From: Ramazzottius varieornatus
Taxonomy: Eukaryota; Animalia; Tardigrada
Reading direction: 5' to 3'
DNA length: 64,000 bases
NCBI GenBank assembly: GCA_001949185.1
Contig: BDGG01000002.1
Location: 4,206,448-4,270,447 of the forward strand
Below the pieces are notes generated by a model, which saw only the letters and a program-made list of their open reading frames with translations, searched no databases and was not told the DNA's origin. The position numbers were made by a program, and so were the translations under genes. Numbering within the stretch: position 1 is the stretch's first letter; the number at the start of each line of letters is the position of its first letter. Positions 13,980-26,038 of this stretch are shown piece after piece.

Positions 13980-16900
13980 TTATGCGATCAGGTGCTGGCT
14001 TGAAGTACCATTGACGAGAGGAATGGTGTGATCGCCGGTTAGCTTTGAGGCGTCAGCGGAAACAGGGTGGATCGTCGTATCAGACTGAGCTGAGCTGTCC
14101 GACTTGACCGCTTCGTCGACGTTGTGAGTCTTCGCAGGATCATCCTTTGTGGCGTGGTCGTCTTCTGCGGATACAAGAAAACCTCATTAACCAAAGTATC
14201 GTTCTTGAGCTTGCTGAGACAAGGAAACTCACTTCGGTAGAGAGACGCCGCGGTACCATCCATGGCAGCCACGATGCCAGTAGAAGGATTGCTTGTGCTG
14301 TTGGTGTCTCTCTTCGATCTCACGATTTCTGCTCCATGGGCAGTATCCACAACAACTGCTGGTTGGGCGCCTTGAGGGACCGATCCTGGTAAAAAACCGT
14401 CATAAGCGACAATGAGACCAGTAATATCAATACTTGCAATATCGCCACATATTCAGATGAGACTGAAGCGAAGACCTGACTTTAAGCTTACCTTCGCTGG
14501 AACTAGGAGCTTCAAAAGCCGCTGTTAAGAACGGTACCGAAGTTACATTGGCTGGTGCATTCCTCGTCTCGTCTGGGTTCCTTCGCCGACGTGCTGGCGC
14601 CACCGTAGCAGCCGAAACGTGGACCTCGACAGGAACGTTGATGGTAACCACTGACGTAGTGTCCGAGACACTCGGAGCCGCGGTAGCTGAAGTGTCCGCC
14701 GCCGAAAACTTGCCTTCACCAGGCTGGACAGAGGCCGTCATCGGTTCCGCAGAGACTTGGGTCGATGGAGTCGCACTGGCTCCGGCATCAGCAGCACCCT
14801 GAGCGACACTCGGCTGCGTGGCTGTCAGAACATGCAGCTGGGACTCATCCCTCAACAAAGAGCCCTGCATGACGATTGGGTTCCCTTTCACATCCTGCAG
14901 GGTACTACCGCTGGCGACGGACCCCACGTTACCCTCAACTGGACCAGTGGCTTGTGTAGTCCCATCAGCATCGGGACTTCGACGTCTACGCGCAGGTGCG
15001 ATAGTTTGCGCCGAGACGTGGACCTCGACGGGCACATTGACAGTAACGGTCCGTGTAGTGTCCAAACCATTTGGCGCTGAGGTAGCGGCAGATGCAACTG
15101 GTGGTAGCTGAGCATTTCCGGGTTGTACCGAAGCGCTCATCGGTGCGTCAGAAGTCTGGGTGGTACCAGCGCTTATCGTAACATCTGCAGGCTGTACTGA
15201 TATGGCCATCGATTCAGCAGAGGCTCGAGTGACCGCAACGGTAGCGGTACCGGCAGCATCACCAGACTGCTGTGTGGTCAGAACGTGTAATTGAGACTCA
15301 TCCTTCAATAAACCTCCCTGCATGACGATAGGATTTCCCTTAACGTCCAGCAGGGCGCTTCCACTGGAGACCGAGCCGATGTTACCGACAACGGGACCGG
15401 AGACTGGTGTGGTGACATGGATGTCCCGACGTCGGCGGGCTGGAGCAACAGTAGCAGCTGCAACGTGGACCTCGACAGGTACATTCACAGTAACAACCTG
15501 GGTGGTGTCGGTGCGAGTTGGTGCGGCGGTAGCGGCAGTATCAGACCCTGGGAGTGGGCCATCACCTGGTTGAACCGAGCCAGACATTGGCTCGGAAGGC
15601 TGCGTCCTTCCTGTATTCGCGGAAGCATCGCCAGAGCTTGGTTGCGGTGTGGTCAGGATACGCAGCTGCGACTCGTCTTTAAGCAGAGAACCCTGCATAA
15701 CAATTGGGTTCCCCTTGATGTCCTGCAAGGCACTTCCACTTGCAACTGAGCCAACGTTCCCCTCAACTGGACCAGTGGACGGAGTGGTGGCATCAACGTC
15801 CCTCCTACGACGCGCGGCGACGGTGGAAGTCGCATCGGCGGGTTCTACGGTTACGATATTGTTTTGAACGATGGCGATATCCGTGGCGCTAAAGGGTGGA
15901 GTGGAATCAGAGGAGGCAGATGCAACATCGCCGGAAGTGGGTGGTGAAGTGGCCAGAACGCGAAGTTGAGATTCGTCTCGAAGCAGAGAACCCTGCATGA
16001 CGATGGGGCTTCCTTTGATGTCTTGCACAGCACTGCCACTCGCCACAGAGCCAATGTTACCCTCAACGGGACCCGTAGCTTGGGTAGTGGCATCTCGTTT
16101 GCGACGAGCTGGAAGTGTGCTCGCGGTGTCAGGGTTCGAAGTAGTCGCATCGGATGCAGGTAGTTGGGTCGTCAAGAGATGTAGCTGCGATTCGTCTTTC
16201 AGCAGGGAACCTTGCATGACTATCGGGTTACCTTTGAGGTCTTGGAGAGCGCTCCCGCTGGTCACGGAACCGACGTTTCCTTCAACAGGAGAAGTATCGA
16301 CGTTGGTGTCTCGAACGTCTCGTTTGGTCTTCGGAACCTGAGTGACACCTACAGAGGAAAAGATGGGCATTGGCATCGAGGTACAACTGGCTTGTTTCTG
16401 GTGTAGTACCTTCAACAGTTTTGTCCGATTCCTTGTATTGAGGAGATTCCTTCATGGTTACATCTCGGCGTCTCCGCATCATGGCGCGACGAGTTATATT
16501 GTGCTGCTTAGGCGTAGTGTAGACGTCATCTTTAGCCAGCGGATGATTAGGACGCAGCGTGTGATCCTTCATTTGTTTGGGATCTGTGATCTCAGCACCG
16601 CCAGAGATGGTGTGGTGCTCAACGCCATGGCTGTACGGCTTCCTTCCTACCGCTTCGGTTTCTGTGTGGTTGGTTTGCCGAGCAATGCGAGGACCTACAT
16701 CGTAACAAATACCCCAATGAAAATAAGACGTCAGCCAGTGAATTGACCATGATTGTTACTTCAAGTGGCGCACACTTGTGTTGGTATTAGCATAGGGTGT
16801 GCGCCACTTGGGAAATACGTTGGATATGGCCAAAACGCGGAAGGTGATTACCATTTTGGCGGCCCGTTTCGATGACTTGCGGTAAGGCGGTAGCGTGCGA

Positions 16901-17233
16901 AGGAGACGTAACTTGATCGACATCCTGTCCGGGCTCGTGATGGATATCATGAGTGGGTCCCGGAGTTATTGTTACGACATCCCGTCGGCGTCGCTGTTTG
17001 GCTACCACCGTGGAGAACCCGTGCTCTTGGTTCTCCTTCATGGTTCTTGGCAAAGGCGTTACAGCCACATCGTCCTTCGCTGGATTCACCGTAAGACCAT
17101 GTGCGCCGGGATTCACAGGAGGATGGGGAGGCACACTGGAGGAGTTCTGAACGTCATGGGTATTGCTGGACGCATCATTCGTTGCCGATGCTAGACGAAC
17201 ACCAGAAAGAAAGGTGATTAAAAGTATCTTCAT
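13980..17233 (-). CDS. Uncharacterised secreted repetitive polyprotein (~953 aa) with multiple furin-type sites
   Basis: Exons 17233-16852, 16694-16410, 16348-14492, 14385-14233 and 14164-13980 splice in frame; all four introns are phase-1 GT-AG. Hydrophobic N-terminus MKILLITFLSGVRLASA. Five copies of PVEGNVGSVASGSALQDIKGNPIVMQGSLLKDESQL. RRRR/RRKR/RSKR sites. Confidence 0.85.
16762..16810. repeat. Palindromic repeat core, polyprotein intron 1
   Basis: CAAGTGGCGCACAC-N21-GTGTGCGCCACTTG. Confidence 0.85.
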
Positions 17234-17599
17234 TGTGCTTGGGAATAGGGAAGAAATGGTTCCGCAATATGGAATTAGCCTCAGCGCAATCGAACACAAA
17301 CAAGGCTTGTGTAGTTTCTGGACGGTTAAACACCTTCAAGCACACTGTTTTCCTCGAGATTGTGATCTTCAGTGGAGTATCAAGCAAAGAATCTCACTTA
17401 CCGATAGGGTTTACGGTGAAGATTGGATCAGATCTGAGCCTTCTTCCAGTACGCACAGCAGTATTCTACCGGTGAATCATCCATATTACGCAACCCGAGT
17501 CAAACGAACTTCCGGTAGCATCCCATTTGGCAAGCGATTACATAATACGACGAAGATCAACGGGTACGTCGGCAAAGAAGTTGCAAACGATCGTTTTCC

Positions 17600-17648
17600 C
17601 AGGTGGCTCACACTTTCAGCCCGTAACAATGGTATCGTGGGCCACTTG
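17600..17648. repeat. Palindromic repeat core, intergenic
   Basis: caggtggctcac...gtgggccacttg, with arms gtcggcaaa / tttgccgac. Confidence 0.75.
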
Positions 17649-17987
17649 AAATAACAATGGTGCTCAACTCATTTGCCGACGGCCCAGGAAATACCTTTGA
17701 TTTTATGGCCAGAAAAATACAGCTTGAATCAAAAGGAAGATTTAAAAGAACGGAAACAGTTTGAAAGCCCGGATAATTCAGATTGTAGAATGTACGAAAA
17801 ACCTTCATCGATAATTAACACGATAAAAGGTAAAACCGTTTCAAAGCCATAACATCAATTTGTACTGTACAAAGAACAACAATAAAAATAAACTGCGTAC
17901 AGGCGCTTTGAAGAGGAATGCAAAAGGGCGAAAGGAATTTTCCGGTCCATATTCTGGTTTTCGAGAACGCCGAAAAAAGCTGTCACG

Positions 17988-20900
17988 CTAGATAAGGCGG
18001 GAAGTACTCAGATAATGCACGAGGGCGGTATACACGAAACGATATTGGGAAACCGTCTGGACCATGTGCATCCTCTGCGTCCTCATATGCGTCAGAACCC
18101 TCGCGAGATCCACCTGTTGACAGAATCGAACAGTGAACAACCTTCACAACATGAGCCAGCGAATCATAGGAACGCCAGTAAATGAACTGAGAACTGTCTC
18201 ATGTGGCGCACGTTCTCGTTGTAACTGGCTAGAAAGATGCGCCACACGAGGGAATGATCCTGTTTAAGTCATTCGCTGACGTCTCATATGGTCAAACTTC
18301 TCACCTGTTGATTGTGGTCCAAACACAGCTTCATGAAGTCAAACAAGATCCACACGCCACTTCTTCCCGCGCCAGTCTTGCACAAGACCAGCACTAAGCC
18401 GGCCTTGATTACTTCGTTACCTCTGGTACTCTGCACCCTTAGTCCTTCCACTTCCTGCGCCATCTGGGTAAACGACCTGACACTCTTCGGCACACCCTGG
18501 TCATCCCACGCATGGTAATGCAGAGCCCATGTTTTGCGTCGAGCTAGCTTGCTTCTTCGATCGAACAACCAAAAGCACACTATGGTATAGTCTCCCACAT
18601 TGGACAGACTCAAAAGTTTCAGGTGGAATCCATCCATCGAGACATCCTTCGTACTGCCATCCAGGAAACCAGCCCAAGGAACGGCCGAGCTTTCAGTCAG
18701 AACCACCACCAAGTCGATGCAGTACTGTATCATCATGCTCAGAAAGTCTTCTTGTGTCTGAGCTGTGCTTTGTATGGTCAATGTGTTCTTCATCCCTGAC
18801 AGGCTTCGGACAGTACCCAACAGCCCTTTCATGCTCTTTCCCCCAGCACCGTCCAGACCGGTGCTGGAGACACCGGCTGAATCTGTGCCTGTTAGAGGAT
18901 CTTGTGTGGCAATGTACCGTCTTTCTAGGTTCTGACACTTCAACACGACTTCCGAAGCATTGATATAACCCATCGGGTTCCTCTTACTGGGATGTAAGAG
19001 CCGAACGCGGGTATCGTCATAAGGGACCACATCAGCTGAACGATTACGCGGAGCGTTGTCGGGAAGTAGCGCTACCTGACAGGAACTGTTGTGCAGGCGC
19101 TTCTTTGGGATCTGCTCGAACTCGATCAGGACTGTGCCAGAAGACAGTCGGTCTTCTAGGTCTTTGCGGCAGGCGTCTTTGGTCACATTCTCAGGTTCGG
19201 GGCTGTCAGTTGACAGCGCAACGAGAGGACTGTCCGGATCAGACGGTACTAAGCCGTTCATAGCGGCCATCAGTAAAGGCCGTGCCGGGTTTCTGTTCAG
19301 CGTATGTGTTGTAGAAGCGGCACTCAACCTGTCTTCGGACGGTGTCATGTTCATTGTAGAGTTTTCTTTTACCTGAAAGCCAGATAAGAAACTTGAGGTT
19401 AGCACAACGCATTGTATTTACTGGAGTCCATCACGGCACGAACCTGTTCATGAACTGGTGGAACATCGGGATGATCAGGGACGTATCTCCTTACAGGCAT
19501 TGCTTCCGTTCGGTCTTGCTGCATCTGCTCATACTTCTTCTGTAAGAAATGGCATGAGAAAGCTATTGATCGAAATATGAAAGAGGAACTGGCTAACGAT
19601 GAAAAGGTTCGAATATCATACTCGAGGTGGCTTCACTTCGATGACGGGTTCCAAAGGAGGACCTCTGTGGGTCCTCGCTGAGAACGGCGGAAGTTCCTTG
19701 ATAACCGGCTGGTCACGAACTCTGTGGTGGTTGTTGGATGGTGCAGAAGGCGACGACAAATCTTTGACGGCCATCTGGCGCATCATCAGCTGACTGGATA
19801 CCACGTCGGAGTTGGAAGGACGCAGTGCGTGGTTGAAAAGGCGACGCTGTGGTGTAGCTAGAAGGAGATCGGGGGTACTGCAACTGACACCATTACCGCC
19901 CAGGCGAACCTACAAATCCATTGCTGCTAACGATACATCCATGACTTAATAACAGCCGTTCCCTTTCCATCGATGGAAAACTCATACAGCTATTAAATTA
20001 CCAATAGATCTCCTACAGTTATCCTGATCGCACTCTGCGCTGTTATCGGCTGTATTATAGAATTCGTTCAGTAGTGATTAAGTACCTGTGAAGTGCTGCC
20101 GTGACGGAGATCTGGCGTGCTATTTGTCAATACGTTACTCTGCAAGGAATATGTCGCGGACTCGACTAGGTCTAGCGAGCGAGATTGATTCTGGCTCGGC
20201 CAGGGATAGCTCGTTCTTGACTGCACAGCCTGCTTTTCCGTCAAAGTTGCGAAGAGAGGGCTTTGACTGTACAGCCTTGGAGACCTTTCCTTCCTGTCAT
20301 CCGCTATTTCTGGAAAACAAGTTAGAAATACAAAACAGAAATTCTAAGAGTTCGTTAGAACAAGAACGCAAGACCAAAATACTAATCGTAGAGCAACACA
20401 AAAGACTGCTAAAATCGACGTATACGTGTGCTGGCTATTTTCTATTACACATTTCTATTATGAGACATAAAGGTTCCACGGTTGATTAGCTTGTACCTGG
20501 TGATTCAGAAGATCGGCTAGGATCGTCATCTCGCGAAAAGGGAAGGATATCGGGTCTGTCGGACTTCATCAAACTGTCCTGGAGAAACGGCAAGTTGGAC
20601 GATGCGTTGGAGAAAGGATCGGGTCGGAAGAGAAGGGGTTTATGGCCAGGAGGGGCTACTGCGGCGAACCCATCGGGCACTGCTGCCGGATTGCTCAAGT
20701 AAAAGTCTTGTTGTAAAGTGATGTTGCTGAGAACGTATGCGGCAAAGTCACCGTTCTCTAGGAAGATCTGCACGTGGCGTTGAGTGGAACGTCCTGTGCC
20801 GTGACATTCTATGCAAATACTGCGTCGCTTGACTTGGGTAACACTCTTCAGATTCTGCCAGCTGACCGCCGTGATCGGACGACCTGTCGGATGTTTGATC

Positions 20901-21855
20901 GTCAGCCCACTGTGGCTTGTCCCTAGCAGTAGATCGTTGTTCGAAGCGTCTTTGGCTGCGTAGTACTCCTCGCCGTAACCTACGAACATATCACTTTTGC
21001 AAAAGCATCTCTATGTAAGTGGAATTTCATAGCGCCATAATTGCTTATAATCCATTCCCTAAATTTCTACGAAGCCTCTAAAAGCTTGTATGGAATCGAA
21101 AAGATATCTGATGTTCTTACGGTACCTTCGAGATGTTGAGCTTCGGTAATGTAGAGTAGTTCCGCATTAGCAGGCGGCATCCCATGTAGAGAGCGATGAC
21201 TAGCCGAAACTTCAAGCAAAAGCTCCCATAGTGCTTCTTCATCGCCCGACATGCGTTTTGGTAGCAAGTAGAAGTTCTTTAGATGGTGTGGTGAGTGACG
21301 ATCTGGATCGAAGTTACCTGAAACGTACAGCATGAACGAGATACAGGAAAAATCCGAATTACGAGTCGTCTAACTTCAATGTGGCCGAAACGCCTTACCA
21401 TAGGCTGCCTGTAGACTGTAGCTTGCCAGCAGTACTGCCTGTTCTGGTGAGCAGAGCAGTGCACCTTCGATAATTTCATTCCGTAATTGGAGGAAAAATT
21501 GATATCGTGAAGACTCGTCTCGGAGCTCGCTGGCGCTCTGAACGTAGAACCTGACGGAAAACTTGACAAACATAGCATCTTGGGAAGCTCCTTTGGCTAA
21601 CTGACGCTTGAGTGGAAGGTCCAACGCGAGCCATTGGTACTGGTAATGCGAGTTAATGAATTTCAGTCCGAAATATCGTTCTTCGCGAATGCGCAGGCGC
21701 TGTGTGATGTGGACAAGCAAATCCAATCCCGTACTAGTCTCATTCATCGTACATTCCATCAGACTGTTGTCCAGCAGCTGGACGGGAAGGACGAACAAGG
21801 CTCGTCGCGCCACTTCATAGCGTTTCACCTTCTTCAATCCGAACGTCACGGGCAT
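17988..21855 (-). CDS. PTPN14: FERM-domain tyrosine phosphatase PTPN14/PTPN21 (Pez)
   Basis: N-terminus MPVTFGLKKVKRYEV..VQLLDNSLMECT, FERM domain and STPDL motif. PTP domain with VVPYDDTRV, GYINAS, YIATQDP, WDDQGVP, LCKTGAGRSG and MVQTVSQYRFVY. C-terminal SRLI. Confidence 0.92.
18200..18248. repeat. Palindromic repeat core, last PTPN14 intron
   Basis: catgtggcgcac...atgcgccacacg. Confidence 0.7.
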
Positions 21856-22633
21856 TTTGTATCACCTGAAAGAGAATAATGCACAAAATAACGAAGAGTC
21901 TCCCGTCTATGCTACCCACTATCGAACTTTCAGGGGCAGCCTACATCATCCAGTTCTTCTCCCGTATAGGACCAGCATCAAAGGATGAAGAAACGTACAC
22001 CTGGACAAAAAGATGAATAAATTATATTGGACTAATCGGAGCAATGCAAGCGCAGCAAGGTGAGGGCTGCGATAACACATACAGTAAACAGGTGCGCTGT
22101 TGACAGGCGGCATGGCTGGCATCAGAATAGCACGTGATCTTTTGTTTGTATTTTACACGTGATCGGAGAGTAGCACAGACAGTGTTACTGATCCCAAGTT
22201 CAAAGATTGCAGTTGTAGGTCGTAACTCTTGAGTTTCGACCATTGTCCATTGTGCGCCTGCTTTCTTGGCATTCTGGTAGTGTCCAGGTATATCCTGTAT
22301 CAGTGGTTACGATGGAATCCTCCTTAAACCCTGACCAGACCGCAACAAGGCTAAGATACACCTCGAAACGGCAAAGTATATTGGGAACGACCAATGGTCA
22401 GCCAAAGAAGCAGTCGATCTTAAATTTTAATTCTGCTTAATTTGAATACCAAACCACCGTTCATTGTTAAGCGGGGCTAGCATAGCTAGTGGACTTCGAA
22501 CACCCTCACGAGGAGATTTTGCCATCGCTCCACTCTTGTTTCATAAACTGAAACGGCAGAAAGGTAGAGGAGAGTTTTCTCTACTGACTGGGACAGACTA
22601 GGCTGGCAGAAATCCTGAAAGACACAGCAGGAA

Positions 22634-22648
22634 GCGGAAGTGACGTCA
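22634..22648 (+). promoter_or_regulatory. ETS-CRE composite motif GCGGAAGTGACGTCA upstream of PTPN14
   Basis: Exact overlapping ETS (CGGAAGT) and CRE (TGACGTCA) motif ~0.8 kb upstream of the Pez ATG. Confidence 0.45.
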
Positions 22649-22970
22649 GAATCTGGGCGGAACATGGGCATCAGCGAAGTTCACTGCAGCATCAGTCAAG
22701 TGGCTTGATTGTCTGCTGGTTGATTCGCTATTTGATTGATCTGAAACACTATGATATGGGTAAAAGAGCAGCTGATCACTACAATTTTGACTGTTTTGTC
22801 AAACTTCGCCCTCTTTTCTCGTCTGCTCTCCTCCAGTCATCACAGACATGGATTCTGGTGTGGACCTTATCAATAAGCCTACCGCACCTTTGATAAGTGC
22901 CGTTAGCAGCTTGTCCTTGTCACTTGGAAAGTCGCTCGGTGAAAAGCCTGTTATAGCCCATACCCCAAAG

Positions 22971-23020
22971 NNNNNNNNNNNNNNNNNNNNNNNNNNNNNN
23001 NNNNNNNNNNNNNNNNNNNN
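22971..23020. other. Assembly gap (50 N)
   Basis: Run of n characters. Confidence 1.
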
Positions 23021-24179
23021 TTTTTTCTGCCAGCCTAGTCTGTCCAGTCAATAGAGAAAACTCTCCTCTACCTTTCTGCCGTTTCAGTTTGTGAAACAAG
23101 ACTGGAGCGATGGCAGAATCCCCTCGTCAGCTATTAAGTATGCCAAAAATGCAAAAGCTGAAGGAAAGGTTATGCGCCACGGCTGTTCATTTATACAGCC
23201 AAGAATCAGCCAGACAAGAAAGAAAACGGCGAGCCATATCCTCATCCGCTATCCAGCTCACATGGGTCTTGGTGCAGAGAACTGATTTTTCCTCAAAGGT
23301 TTGTCGCAGGTTTCTTTTCTTTGAATCTTATCGAATAGCACTTCTGAGATGAAGGTATCAGTACGCTTGAGGAAGATGCCACGACCCGCTTCACCCTGGA
23401 AATAAAATTCACCTCCCACTTCTCCAGTAAGGTTTCAGGTTTGGGTCGCCGACTTTATCGTTCTGAAACAAAACAGATTTGAATAAATCCCACCTTGTGT
23501 TCTAGAAGAATGTGTAAACCGCTCATACTTCTGATGCAGTACAAGAAATAATGACGTCAGTGCAGACAAAACCAGAAAACTTAAAAAGAGTTCTAGCCGG
23601 ATTCCCAGACAGTTATCCGATGCAGTGATATCTGAATGAAATCCGAGGTAGCAAGATGGATTGCAACCTAGACTACATAATGTGCTTACACTAAAACCGG
23701 ATCGCAAAAACTCTGCCAGTTCTTGCAGGCTCGATGTTCTCAGCTGTCTCATTGGATTGACAACCGAGTCCATAGGCTTTACACGGAAACGCCACTCATT
23801 TCAGACGACGCATGCATGGCACATCAATTCCATCATGCAGCCATTCCTTACAGATCGAGTGGGAAGAGAGCTCAGGCCCCAGGCACAGTTCACTTGACCA
23901 AAGTCCTGCATGCAGCGTATTTGAATGACGACGCGTTTCTTGTTGAACAACGTTATTGCCAGAAAATATTCCCACATGAAGAAGCTTTGCGTTACAACAG
24001 GGCCGCGGTGCGGCCTGTGTTGAGTGTATCAAAGTAATATCGTGGCGTCACTGTCCTAGGCTATTCACAGTGCGAAAGCGACTGTAGCGTATGACGCCAT
24101 ATGTCAAGCCTGATACATTCAATACAGGCCGTGCCGGCCCGTAATGATTACGGTAACGACCGTGATAAATATTATTTTA

Positions 24180-25697
24180 TTACACCATAGGTTTCCATCT
24201 GCCTAGAAAATATTGTTTAGGATTAATTCCTCTAGCCATCTCACTTCCGGGTCTAGGCCAGTCCTTGTAGTAAAGCACCTCATCCGCATCGCTGAGGTAT
24301 GCTGCCCACCACCCATACGATCCCACAGTAAGTATAATGTTATCCATGAGACTGAGGAAAGCCATGTCGACCGCTTCATGACTCTTCTCGAGGTACAGGA
24401 CATTCGGGTTGAGGAACAGCTTCCGGCAATATGCAATGTCGTTGCTGACCACAAAGAATATTACCAGCGGATACTTTCTTTCGAAGTACGCCACAGCATG
24501 CAACAGGTAGTCGTCGGTTGCCGGCGTATGCCCAAACTGGTAATGCGACCCGCTCCTGTTCGCGATGTCACCTCGTCTCACATGTATTCCGACTAGTACA
24601 GGTTCCTTTCTAGCTCTTTCTCTGGCAGCCGAAAAGCCAGACGACGCATCAAAATTCAGCAGCTCCCTGAAATGCCTGAGCCGTCGACCGTCACTTCCGA
24701 CTTTCCGCTGTTTCGTCAGCGTAAGCGAGGATTCCGCCACACCGTCATCGACAAATTTTGGGACAGATTTTGAAATTAAGGTTCGTGAATCTACTCCAGA
24801 TTCGATATCGGGTTCGATTTCATCGATGGGACTGTCCAATTCAAACGCCAGCTTTTCGGCCTTTGAAGCGTGTTCTTGGGCTTCCATCTCAACCGTCAGG
24901 TTTCGCAGAGCGTTGAGCTTGTACCACACCGCGCCGATGCAAGCATCGTAGATTATCCTTTTGAAGGTGAACATCGACCTTATCTCGTCGCGAACCCAGT
25001 GGAAGTACATCCACGACTGCAGGTATCCCTGGATGACCATGTCAGGACCATGCTTTGCTGCTTCCAACGTATCCAAGTAGACCATCCATGCTGCAAAGGT
25101 TCCATAACTGGCTTCGGGGACAAGGTGCTTTTGTACCTCTTCCGTGTAGTTTCCTCCCAGAAAGAAGTCAGTTCTGTTGATTCTTGTCAGATTGAAGTTT
25201 TCAAGGTAGGTCTCTGCCCAGTACGTCTGAAACAACGAAGGAGTGCGGAGGTTTACTCGGGCGATTCCGTACAGAGACGCCACCATGAAGAGCCAGTTGC
25301 CCAGTCCGCCATCATTGATGCCATGGGAAAGATATCCATGGGTCTCCGACGCAGTTGCATTCAGCCGCCGCTGATAATATTCTGACTTCCGCAGTCGGGC
25401 TTCTGCTTTGCCACGTATTCGTGAAGTAATGGCAACCAGATCCAAATTTTTGTACCTTCTGAGAATGCGGCGAGAATCAGCTGTTATAATAAGTGGTCGG
25501 TCGTACGACAAGTCTACTTCCGGGTCGACGCTCTTGAGCAATGCTGAGAAGTGTCCGATATCTGGAATGGTGATAAGGTCCATCAATACTAATCCCGACA
25601 TCGAGAGCGCAACTGCCAACCATAACGCAAAAAAAAGGTTTCTTGTCAAGTGATTGAAACATCTTTGAGCTGACATATCATTTCTCCAGGCTCCCAT
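24180..25697 (-). CDS. Galactoside alpha-1,2-fucosyltransferase (GT11), single coding exon
   Basis: Type II TM anchor; GGLGNWLF, QGYLQSWMYF, VGIHVRRGD, VVSND and DMAFLS..IILTVGSYGWWAAYL GT11 motifs. Confidence 0.92.
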   Translation of the reverse strand: MGAWRNDMSAQRCFNHLTRNLFFALWLAVALSMSGLVLMDLITIPDIGHFSALLKSVDPEVDLSYDRPLIITADSRRILRRYKNLDLVAITSRIRGKAEARLRKSEYYQRRLNATASETHGYLSHGINDGGLGNWLFMVASLYGIARVNLRTPSLFQTYWAETYLENFNLTRINRTDFFLGGNYTEEVQKHLVPEASYGTFAAWMVYLDTLEAAKHGPDMVIQGYLQSWMYFHWVRDEIRSMFTFKRIIYDACIGAVWYKLNALRNLTVEMEAQEHASKAEKLAFELDSPIDEIEPDIESGVDSRTLISKSVPKFVDDGVAESSLTLTKQRKVGSDGRRLRHFRELLNFDASSGFSAARERARKEPVLVGIHVRRGDIANRSGSHYQFGHTPATDDYLLHAVAYFERKYPLVIFFVVSNDIAYCRKLFLNPNVLYLEKSHEAVDMAFLSLMDNIILTVGSYGWWAAYLSDADEVLYYKDWPRPGSEMARGINPKQYFLGRWKPMV

Positions 25698-26038
25698 GAT
25701 CCAGAAACGACCCTAACCATGGGAGAAAAGAGAATGCTTTATGCTAGACTAGATGTCAGGAAAAAAATGTACTTTAATTTCGAGAGTGGCTGAGTTACCT
25801 TAGCAGTGGACATACAAACGAGATAGTTCAAAGCACAGATGATCTTTGGTGTGCGTTTACAAGCTTCATCTTCCCTGAGGCGGTGAGCTGAGGTCGCTGA
25901 TGAAGACGTAAGTGTCCGAAGTGACCTTGCAGCTTCAGTCGGTGACTATACTGTCCGCCATCTATTGGAGCTGCTTCTCTCTGTAAGAGACAAGACAGAG
26001 AAAACAGAATAATTCACGAATAATTGACGATCTATTAA

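Larger units (their letters stand above)
22508..23127. repeat. ~105-bp inverted repeat pair (22508-22612 and 23024-23127) flanking an assembly gap
   Basis: ACGAGGAGATTTTGCCATCGCTCC...GGCTGGCAGAAA is the reverse complement of 23024-23127 with a few mismatches. Confidence 0.8.

Noticed and set aside
14548-16746. Several + strand ORFs over the polyprotein
   Set aside because: Antisense shadows of the repetitive minus-strand CDS.
23091-24037. Short ORFs between the gap and the fucosyltransferase
   Set aside because: No recognisable motifs or consistent splice structure.
24180-25697. Intronless fucosyltransferase as HGT or retrocopy
   Set aside because: Animal GT11 genes often have single-exon CDSs, and it has a eukaryotic type II membrane anchor.
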